The notes beneath the pieces were generated by a model. That model searched no databases. It was not told the origin of the DNA and saw only the letters and a program-made list of their open reading frames with translations. Below are positions 35,781 to 42,336 of a stretch of DNA of 64,000 nucleotides, piece after piece. Every line of letters begins with the position of its first letter. Position 1 is the stretch's first letter. A program made the position numbers and the translations under genes. The stretch spans positions 3,619 to 67,618 of the forward strand of contig DATJOZ010000062.1 in the NCBI GenBank assembly GCA_035506655.1, in the 5' to 3' direction. The DNA comes from Gaiellaceae bacterium. GTDB taxonomy: Bacteria; Actinomycetota; Thermoleophilia; Gaiellales; Gaiellaceae.

Positions 35781-37756
35781 CGCGAGACCGCGACCATCGC
35801 GGCGCTGCCGAGGCGGCCCTCGTCGAACTGTCGCACCGCGGAGTCGGCGTCGAGCACCGCGTGCGTGAGGCGCCGCCCGGCCGAGCAGTCGCCGATCGCG
35901 ACGAGCGCCGGCACGTCGCCGTCGAGCTCGCGCAGCAGTGCGTCGTCGGGCTGCAGCCTCGTCCGCACCACGAGCAGCTCGGCCTCGAGCTCCGACGCTT
36001 CGCCGGTGACCGCGTCGGCGAGCGACACGGTCGGACCGGACACGGACGTCACCGTGGTCAGCGTCCGGTAGCGGACGCCGTTGCTCCCGAGCCGGCCGAG
36101 GACGCCGGCGACGCTCTCGTGGGGAATCGCGAGCGCGATCCCCCGCGCGGGCGTGAGCAGCTCGACCGCGACGCCGCGCTCGGCAAGGTACTCGGCCGCG
36201 CTGATCCCGTGCCAGAAGCCGGAGCCGTCGTCGAGCACGGCGGCGCGGGCAGGCAGCGTCGCGACGGAGCCGCCGAGCAGATCCCACACCGTCACGACGT
36301 GCGCGTCCGCGTCGAACGGGAACTCCGGCGGCAGCGGCGATGCGCCGGTGGCGGCGACGACGAGATCGGGCTCGTCGTCGAGGATCGCGTCGCGCGTCGC
36401 GACCGTCCCGAGGCGCACGTCGACGCGGAGCCGCGCCAGCTCACGCTCGGCGTAGGCGACGAAGTCGAGCAGCTCGGCGCGGGTCGGCCCGGCGGCCGCG
36501 ATCCGCAGCTGTCCGCCGCTGACGCCGGCCCGCTCGTAGAGAACGACCTCGTGGCCGGACTCCGCCGCGACGCGGGCGGCCTCGAGGCCGGCCGGCCCGG
36601 CACCGGCGACGACGACCCGCTTCGGCGTCGCGGCCCGGCGCGGCGGTCCCCACTCGAGCTCCCGGCCGGCGCGGGCGTTGACGGCGCACCCGAGCTGACC
36701 GTGCGCCGCGCGGCAGTCCTGCACGATGCCGATGCACGGGCGGATCTCCGCCGCGCGTCCCTCGCGCGTCTTCGCCACCCACTCCGGATCGGCGATCATC
36801 CCGCGGCCGATCGCCACGAAGTCGACCTGTCCGGACGCGACCGCGCGCTCCGCGAGCTCGGGGAAGCGGATCCGCCCCGCCGCCATCACCGGCACGTCGA
36901 CGTCCCGCTTCACCGCGGCGGCCCAGCCGAGCGTGAAGCCCTCGGGGTACGCCGTGTCCTTCACGTAGGCGCCGCGCATCCCGGCGGTGAGCGAGATGTA
37001 GTCGACGGGAGCCGTCTCCTGGAGCGCGACGCAGATCGCGCGCGTGTCGTCGAGCGTCAAGCCGTCGGGCGTCTCCTCCTCGGCGCTCAGGCGGATGCCC
37101 ACCGGATAGCCGTCGCCGCAGCGGCTGCGCATCGCCTCGACGATCTCGCGCAGCAGCCGCGTCCTTCCCTCGAGCGTGTCGCCGCGGTAGGCGTCGGTGC
37201 GGCGGTTCGACGCGGGCGACAGAAACTGCGCGACGAGATAGCCGTGCCCGGCGGAGATCTCGACGCCGTCGTACCCGGCCGTCCGGAAGTTCGCCGCCGA
37301 CCGCGCGAACGCGTCCACGATCACGCGGATCTCGGTGTCGGTCATCTCGTGCGGCGGGCTCGGATCGCGGGGCGACGCGATCGGCGAGGGCGCCATCGGC
37401 ACGGAGTTCGTCAGCCCGCCCGGCGACTCTCGGCCCAGGTGGACGAGCTGGCCGAAGATGCGCGCGCCGTGGCGTTGCACCGCCTCGCAGCGGGCGCGCA
37501 GAGCGTCGATCCCGTCCTCGTCCCACGCCTCGACGATGATCCGGACGGGGAAGAGCGAGGTCGGGTGGACGACCGCCGCGCCGGTGACGATCAGCCCGAC
37601 GCCGGCGCGCGCGCGCTCCTCCTGGAAGGCGACGTCGCGGGCGGTCAGGCGCCCGCTCTCGACGAGGCCGGTGCCCATCGGCGCCTGGACGATGCGGTTG
37701 CGGACCGCGACGCCGCCGATCGTCCCCGCCTCGAAGAGATGCGGGTAGTCGCTCAC
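35777..37756 (-). CDS. OYE-family NADH:flavin oxidoreductase fused to an FAD/NAD domain (2,4-dienoyl-CoA reductase FadH-like)
   Basis: GTG 37756 overlaps the upstream stop (GTGA). It has an OYE barrel (QAPMGT, HGYLVAQFLSP), a Cys segment PCIGIVQDCRAAHGQLGC and then VVVAGAGPAGLEAA. Confidence 0.9.
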   Translation of the reverse strand: MSDYPHLFEAGTIGGVAVRNRIVQAPMGTGLVESGRLTARDVAFQEERARAGVGLIVTGAAVVHPTSLFPVRIIVEAWDEDGIDALRARCEAVQRHGARIFGQLVHLGRESPGGLTNSVPMAPSPIASPRDPSPPHEMTDTEIRVIVDAFARSAANFRTAGYDGVEISAGHGYLVAQFLSPASNRRTDAYRGDTLEGRTRLLREIVEAMRSRCGDGYPVGIRLSAEEETPDGLTLDDTRAICVALQETAPVDYISLTAGMRGAYVKDTAYPEGFTLGWAAAVKRDVDVPVMAAGRIRFPELAERAVASGQVDFVAIGRGMIADPEWVAKTREGRAAEIRPCIGIVQDCRAAHGQLGCAVNARAGRELEWGPPRRAATPKRVVVAGAGPAGLEAARVAAESGHEVVLYERAGVSGGQLRIAAAGPTRAELLDFVAYAERELARLRVDVRLGTVATRDAILDDEPDLVVAATGASPLPPEFPFDADAHVVTVWDLLGGSVATLPARAAVLDDGSGFWHGISAAEYLAERGVAVELLTPARGIALAIPHESVAGVLGRLGSNGVRYRTLTTVTSVSGPTVSLADAVTGEASELEAELLVVRTRLQPDDALLRELDGDVPALVAIGDCSAGRRLTHAVLDADSAVRQFDEGRLGSAAMVAVSR

Positions 37757-38487
37757 ACCGCCGTTGCCCCGCCGTCGGCGACGAGCAGCGCACCGGTGAA
37801 GAAGCTCGCCTCGTCGGAGAGCAGGAAGCACGCGCTCGCCGCGATCTCCTCCGGCTCGGCGAGCCGCGCCTGGATCGACTGCGGCAGCGCACCTTCGAGG
37901 TAGACCGGCCGCGTCATCGGCGTGCGCACGCTCCCGGGCGCGAGGACGTTCACCCGCACGTTGTCGACGCCGGCCTCGATTGCGAACTGGCGCGAGAACG
38001 CGATGATGCCGCCCTTCGCAGCCGAGTACGCCGCGAGGTTCACGCGGGCGACGAGCGCGGTGACCGACGCGAGGTTGACGATCGAGCCGCCGCCGGCCGC
38101 GCGGAGATGCGGCAGCGCGGTCTTGCAGACGAGGAACGTCCCGGTCAGGTGCACCGCGAGCATCCGGTTCCAGTCCTCGACGGCCAGCTCCTCGACGGGA
38201 GCGAAGTGGACGAAGCCGGCCGCGTTCAGGACGCAATCGATCCGGCCGAGCCGCTCGCGCGCCTCCCGCACCGCCGCCTGCACCGAGGCCTCGTCGGCGA
38301 CGTCGCAGCCGATCCCGACCGATCCGTCCAGCTCCGAGGCGACCTCCGCCGCGCGGCCCGCGTCCAGATCGACGACCGCCACCCGGCCGCCCTCCGCCGC
38401 GAACCGCCGCGCCGTGGCAGCCGCGATGCCCGAGCCGCCGCCCGTGGCGAACATGACCTTGCCCTCGAAGCGGGTAGACAGCGTCAC
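37753..38487 (-). CDS. short-chain dehydrogenase/reductase
   Basis: 244 aa with TGGGSGIA and YSAAKGG. The start is GTG 38487. Confidence 0.9.
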   Translation of the reverse strand: MTLSTRFEGKVMFATGGGSGIAAATARRFAAEGGRVAVVDLDAGRAAEVASELDGSVGIGCDVADEASVQAAVREARERLGRIDCVLNAAGFVHFAPVEELAVEDWNRMLAVHLTGTFLVCKTALPHLRAAGGGSIVNLASVTALVARVNLAAYSAAKGGIIAFSRQFAIEAGVDNVRVNVLAPGSVRTPMTRPVYLEGALPQSIQARLAEPEEIAASACFLLSDEASFFTGALLVADGGATAV

Positions 38488-38489
38488 CT

Positions 38490-38527
38490 GAACTGAATTA
38501 ATATCAGGAACACAAGAGAGGGGTCAA
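38490..38527 (-). promoter_or_regulatory. promoter plus motif for the four-gene redox operon, in the promoter region shared with the divergent PhaZ-like gene
   Basis: Minus strand reads TTGACC (38527-38522), 17-18 nt, ATATTA/TATTAA. The plus-strand motif GAACTGAATTAATATCAGGAAC (38490-38511) ends 2 nt from the GTG start. Confidence 0.45.
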
Positions 38528-38614
38528 CGCCCTCCGGGGCACGGCCTACAATCCACGTCCTCATGTCGCGTCAGCCAATCGACGCGGCAGCCGAGCAGAG
38601 AGAGGCGGTCGACG

Positions 38615-39583
38615 GTGGCTGCAAGCGCGGGGCCGAGCGATGCAATCCTGAGCGCCGGCGGCGTCGAGATGTTCGTGCGCCGGCGCGGCACGGGCCGTCC
38701 AGTGCTCCTCGTCAACGGCCTCGGCGCCAACGTCGAGATGCTGGCCACCCTCGAGGAGCGGCTGGCCCGGACCGCGCACACGATCGCGGTCGAGCTGCCG
38801 GGCGCCGGCCGCTCGCCGACTCCGCGCCGGCCGCTCTCGATCGCGGCGATCGCGGCGACGCTCGTGGATCTGCTCGACGAGCTCGGCCACGAGCAGGTCG
38901 ACGTCCTCGGCTTCTCCCTCGGCGGGGTCGTGGCGCAGCAGCTGGCGCACGACGCGCCGGACCGGGTGCGGCGACTCGCACTCGCCAGCACGGCCTGCGG
39001 CTGGGGCAGCCTGCCCGGGACCTTCGACGCGCTGACGCTGATCTCGATGCCGATCCGCTACCACTCGCGCTCCCTCTACGACCGGACGATCCAGCTCGCG
39101 AGCCCCGCCGACCGCGAGCTCCTGACGCGCGTACCCGGCCTCGCCGAGGCACGACTCCTGCACCCGCCGTCGCTCCTCGGCTACACGTACCAGCTGACGG
39201 CGGGCGCGTTCTGGTCGAGCCTCCCGTGGCTCTCGTCCGTCCGCGCTCCGACGCTCGTCTTGACCGGCGACGGGGACCGTCTCGTGCAGCCGGCGAACGG
39301 GATCCAGCTCGCCCGCCTCCTGCCCGAGAGCCGCCTGCACGTCCTCGCCGGAGAAGGGCACCTCTACGTGTGCGATCCGGAGAGCCGGGCGCTGCCGCTG
39401 CTGGCGGACTTCTTCTCGAGCAAGACCCTGGCGCGCTGCCGCGCCTGGACGTCGGGCACCGAGGTCGCGGACGACGAGACGGTGGAGGCCGCCTTCGAGG
39501 CGTCGAGCGGGGCTCAGCCCCACCGCGCACTGAGCGACGCGTTTCGCCGCTACGTCCGGCATTCGGGCGCGAACGGCTCCTAG
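38615..39583 (+). CDS. alpha/beta hydrolase resembling intracellular mcl-PHA depolymerase PhaZ
   Basis: 322 aa. VLLVNGLGANVEML...IAVELPGAGRS...VDVLGFSLGGVVAQQLAHD...GYTYQLTAGAFWSSLPWL..APTLVLTGDGDRLV...GEGHL is colinear with Pseudomonas PhaZ as I recall it. Confidence 0.75.
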   Translation: MAASAGPSDAILSAGGVEMFVRRRGTGRPVLLVNGLGANVEMLATLEERLARTAHTIAVELPGAGRSPTPRRPLSIAAIAATLVDLLDELGHEQVDVLGFSLGGVVAQQLAHDAPDRVRRLALASTACGWGSLPGTFDALTLISMPIRYHSRSLYDRTIQLASPADRELLTRVPGLAEARLLHPPSLLGYTYQLTAGAFWSSLPWLSSVRAPTLVLTGDGDRLVQPANGIQLARLLPESRLHVLAGEGHLYVCDPESRALPLLADFFSSKTLARCRAWTSGTEVADDETVEAAFEASSGAQPHRALSDAFRRYVRHSGANGS

Positions 39584-39584
39584 C

Positions 39585-39620
39585 TTGCTTTACCCGCCAT
39601 TTGCGTGGTATAGTACGCAA
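39585..39620 (+). promoter_or_regulatory. promoter with overlapping inverted repeat ahead of the small-protein/XRE/dodecin genes
   Basis: TTGCTT (39585-39590), 18 nt, TATAGT (39609-39614). The inverted repeat TTGCGT-N8-ACGCAA (39601-39620) spans the -10. Confidence 0.5.
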
Positions 39621-39649
39621 GACGCGGTAACCGACCAAAAGGAGTCCCG

Positions 39650-39961
39650 ATGCCGACCGCCGCACCCGACTACGCCAAGACGGCGCAGGAGCAGACGCTG
39701 AAGTCGATCCGCCAGGGCCAGCAGGTGATCGTCGAGGCGATCCGCGCCTGGGCGAACGCCGTCGAGAAGGCGATCCCCGAGACGCCTGCCCTGCCCTACG
39801 CCGACGAGCTGCCGAAGCCGCAGGAGATCATCAAGACGAGCTTCGGGTTCGCCGAGCAGCTGCTGAAGGCGCAGCAGGAGTTCGCCGAGAGCGTGCTCGA
39901 CGCAGCGTCGCCGGTGCTCGGCAAGCCGTCCCCGTCCGCGACGACGAAGGCTGCCAGCTGA
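39650..39961 (+). CDS. small alpha-helical hypothetical protein (possible phasin-like granule protein)
   Basis: ATG 39650 lies 7 nt after AAAGGAG. 103 aa, helical and Gln/Glu/Ala-rich. The phasin idea rests on context only. Confidence 0.6.
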   Translation: MPTAAPDYAKTAQEQTLKSIRQGQQVIVEAIRAWANAVEKAIPETPALPYADELPKPQEIIKTSFGFAEQLLKAQQEFAESVLDAASPVLGKPSPSATTKAAS

Positions 39962-40314
39962 CCGATCCCTGGAAGGAGCAGGTCGAGGCATTCGGCCAGT
40001 TCATCCACACGCAACGCAAGCTCGCGCGGCTCTCGCTTCGCGAGCTTGCCGCGCGGACCGACATCTCGAACGCGTACCTGAGCCAGCTCGAGCGGGGACT
40101 GCACGCACCGTCGGTGCGGGTGCTGAAGTCGCTCGCCGACGCCTTCAACCTCTCGGCCGAGACGATGCTCGAGCAGGCCGGCCTGCTCGACGACGAGCCC
40201 ACCGAGGCCGCCGACACCGAGGCCGCGATCCGCGCCGACCCGCGGCTGACGGAGGCCCAGAAGGAGGCCATGCTCGGCGTCTACCGCAGCTTCACGACGA
40301 AGGCCGAGAACTGA
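39958..40314 (+). CDS. XRE-family helix-turn-helix transcriptional regulator
   Basis: The frame reads ..FGQFIHTQRKLARLSLRELAARTDISNAYLSQLERGLHAPSVRVLKSLADAFNLSAETMLEQAGLL. The first ATG/GTG/TTG (40114) would cut the HTH in half. CTG 39958 overlaps the upstream TGA (CTGA). Confidence 0.65.
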   Translation: MTDPWKEQVEAFGQFIHTQRKLARLSLRELAARTDISNAYLSQLERGLHAPSVRVLKSLADAFNLSAETMLEQAGLLDDEPTEAADTEAAIRADPRLTEAQKEAMLGVYRSFTTKAEN

Positions 40315-40349
40315 GATCATCCACGACGACCGAGCCGAAGGAGAGGAAC

Positions 40350-40565
40350 ATGAGCGACAGCGTGTACCGCGTCACCGAAGTGATCGGAACGAGCTCCGAC
40401 TCCTGGGAAGCAGCCGCACGCAACGCCGTCGAGACCGCCGCCAAGTCGATCCGCGACCTCCGCGTCGCCGAGGCGACACGGTTCGACGTCACGATCGCGG
40501 ACGGGAAGATCGCCGACTACCGCGTCAGGCTCGACATCTCGTTCAAGTACGAAGCCGGCGACTGA
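40350..40565 (+). CDS. dodecin-family flavin-binding protein
   Basis: 71 aa. YRVTEVIGTSSDSWEAAARNAVETAAKSIRDLRVAE... is colinear with actinobacterial dodecins. A GAAGGAGAGG RBS is present. Confidence 0.8.
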   Translation: MSDSVYRVTEVIGTSSDSWEAAARNAVETAAKSIRDLRVAEATRFDVTIADGKIADYRVRLDISFKYEAGD

Positions 40566-40595
40566 GGACGCCGGCCGGCGGACCGCCGCCGCTGC

Positions 40596-40853
40596 CTAGA
40601 GGGCGTGACCGCCGCGTGCGTGGCGGAGGCGGGCACGACGCGGATCGTCCTGCACGACGAACGCCACCTCGACGGCACGGACATCGCCTTCGCCCGCCTG
40701 CCGCTCGAATCTGACCTGTCGGCCCTTGCAGCGAGGCTCGGGCTCGTGATCGGGCAGGAAATCGCTGCGCGCAACGTAGAGCCGCTCGTCGTGCTCGGTG
40801 CGGATGAAGCCGTACCCCTTGTCGACGTTGAACCAGATCATCGTGCCTTCCAT
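40596..40853 (-). CDS. cold-shock-domain protein, atypical, with C-terminal extension
   Basis: ATG 40853 follows GGAGGAG. WFNVDKGYGFI (RNP1) is present, but RNP2 is degenerate (LYVAR). Confidence 0.7.
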   Translation of the reverse strand: MEGTMIWFNVDKGYGFIRTEHDERLYVARSDFLPDHEPEPRCKGRQVRFERQAGEGDVRAVEVAFVVQDDPRRARLRHARGGHAL

Positions 40854-40872
40854 CGCTCCTCCTCGACCTCGA

Positions 40873-41286
40873 TCACCCGTCGGGCCGCGACAGCCCACGG
40901 CTCAACGCTTCCCCGAGCTCGGCCTGAACCAGAACGGTCAACGCACACGCTCCGAGGTGGACCGTCAGCTGCTCGTCGCCCTGCCAGAACGCATGCGCGA
41001 ACTCGTCCGGACGGAGGACGAAGCCGCTCTGCCGCGAGCCGACATGGAAGAAGAGCGTCTCGACCAGCTCCGTGTCGGCCCGAAGCAGCAGCTCCTGCAG
41101 CCGTTCGTCCGGCTCGCCGCGCTCGAGCCTGCCCGCGACGACGCCGGCGATGAACGGCGACCCACCCGACCCGGAGAAGAGGACCAGCACCTGGCGGCCG
41201 ACGAGCGAGAGCAGGGCCGAGAGCGTCGCCTCGTAGTCGAGCAGCACGGAGTCTCCGCGCTCGCCTCCGCCGACGAACCGGTTCAT
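40873..41286 (-). CDS. hypothetical protein
   Basis: 137-aa ORF with GC-rich third positions and no recognisable motif. Confidence 0.5.
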   Translation of the reverse strand: MNRFVGGGERGDSVLLDYEATLSALLSLVGRQVLVLFSGSGGSPFIAGVVAGRLERGEPDERLQELLLRADTELVETLFFHVGSRQSGFVLRPDEFAHAFWQGDEQLTVHLGACALTVLVQAELGEALSRGLSRPDG

Positions 41287-41598
41287 CCGGGCCGCGCCTC
41301 ACCGGACGGACGGCCGTCGGCGCAGATTGTGGCGGTCTCCATCGTCTCGGCCTTTCGGTCCGTCGTGGCGCCGAGGACACGATGCCGCCGGCTGTGGTCG
41401 CGCCCGGAGTGGCAGTCGAAGAGGAAGGTCGAAGCAGCCTCGACGGCGACCGCGCAGGGTCAGCGCGCCCCGACAGTCTCGCATACGCGCCGCTCCTCCG
41501 CTCCGGGGTCGACGGGCGGGAAGCGGGGCCGCACGGTCCGAAGAGTCGGCGGCTGCCCGGAGAGGATGCGGCCGGCCCAGAGGGAAAGGGGATTCAGC

Positions 41599-41766
41599 GT
41601 GCGCCGGCGGACTCGGTCAACCGTGGATGGGTTCCGGCAACGGCTGACGCGTAAGCGCCGTTGTCCGCACTGTCGGGCGTGGCTCCGCCTCTTCCCGGCC
41701 CCGACCGCGTGCGCCCGGTGCGGCCGGCAGATCTACGCCGCAAGCGATCGTCGGCGCCGCTACTGA
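41599..41766 (+). CDS. possible 55-aa Arg-rich zinc-ribbon protein
   Basis: GTG 41599 follows GGGAAAGGGGA. It has CPHC-N16-CARC. GC3 is lower than in neighbouring genes. The call is speculative. Confidence 0.3.
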   Translation: MRRRTRSTVDGFRQRLTRKRRCPHCRAWLRLFPAPTACARCGRQIYAASDRRRRY

Positions 41767-41783
41767 GGCTCCCGATGCGCAGC

Positions 41784-41813
41784 GGGCGCGGGCCGCAGCC
41801 GCAGCCCGCGCCC
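41784..41813. terminator. hairpin between convergent transcripts
   Basis: GGGCGCGGGC (41784-41793) is the reverse complement of GCCCGCGCCC (41804-41813), with a 10-nt loop. Confidence 0.55.
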
Positions 41814-41829
41814 TAGCTCAACCGGCGTC

Positions 41830-42273
41830 CTACTGCTTCTTGACGAGCTCGTCCGCCTGCTTCCAGGCCCAGATCGCGTCGAGCACCGAGGCTTCCGCCT
41901 CCTCGATCGCGCCGTAGGCGAAGTTGATCGCGGCCATCGCGTCTCCTTCGGCGTTCTCGGCGTCGCTGACCGCCTGCGTCGCGTCGAACACGCGCTTGCT
42001 CGCGGCGAGGTCCTGGTGCATCTGGTCGATGTGCCGGCTCCACGACGTCTGCAGGTCGTTCCACGACTTGGAGACGTGGGCCTGCTCGGCGCCGGCGGAC
42101 TCGACGAGCTTGTCGGCGTGCGCCTTCGCCGCCGCCCTCGCCTCGTTCGCGTGACGCTCGACCTCGGCCTGCGCTTCGTCCTGAGCGGCGGCGACGCGCT
42201 TCTCGGCCTCCTTGGCGCGGTCCGAAAGCTCGGCGAACCTCTCGGAAGCGCGGGTCTTGCTCGAAACGCTCAT
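41830..42273 (-). CDS. hypothetical alpha-helical (coiled-coil-like) protein
   Basis: 147 aa. ATG 42273 is preceded by AAGGAGGA. The protein is Ala/Glu/Lys-rich and helical. Confidence 0.7.
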   Translation of the reverse strand: MSVSSKTRASERFAELSDRAKEAEKRVAAAQDEAQAEVERHANEARAAAKAHADKLVESAGAEQAHVSKSWNDLQTSWSRHIDQMHQDLAASKRVFDATQAVSDAENAEGDAMAAINFAYGAIEEAEASVLDAIWAWKQADELVKKQ

Positions 42274-42336
42274 GGCGTCCTCCTTCCTGCATTGACATCG
42301 GATCGTTGTGTGGTGACTGCGGGAGCTCGCACGTCG

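Noticed and set aside
38563-39665. Arg-rich ORFs 38563..39630 (+), 38712..39665 (-) and 38561..39562 (-) overlapping the PhaZ-like gene.
   Set aside because: They have low-complexity Arg/Pro/Gly translations, whereas the 38615..39583 frame carries a complete alpha/beta-hydrolase motif series.
39650-40314. Reading the small protein plus XRE-HTH pair as a toxin-antitoxin module.
   Set aside because: The upstream protein is an acidic, helical, Gln/Ala-rich protein with no nuclease or toxin motif. The HTH protein resembles ordinary actinobacterial XRE regulators. There is no mobile context.
40566-40595. The palindrome CGCCGGCCGGCG between dodecin and the CSD gene as a bidirectional terminator.
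   Set aside because: It is a perfect palindrome with no loop. Any hairpin would have only a 4-bp stem, which is too weak to call.
40798-41598. The 322-aa ORF 40798..41766, plus ORFs 41327..41647, 41382..41654 and 41299..41484.
   Set aside because: They are antisense to the CSD and hypothetical genes or have junk-like composition. Only the last 55 codons of 40798..41766, which have a zinc-ribbon pattern and an RBS, were retained, as a low-confidence call.
41287-41598. Known riboswitch (cobalamin, c-di-AMP/ydaO, SAM, glycine) in the long gap.
   Set aside because: I could not find the conserved boxes of any of these classes by eye. This needs an Infernal scan and cannot be claimed.
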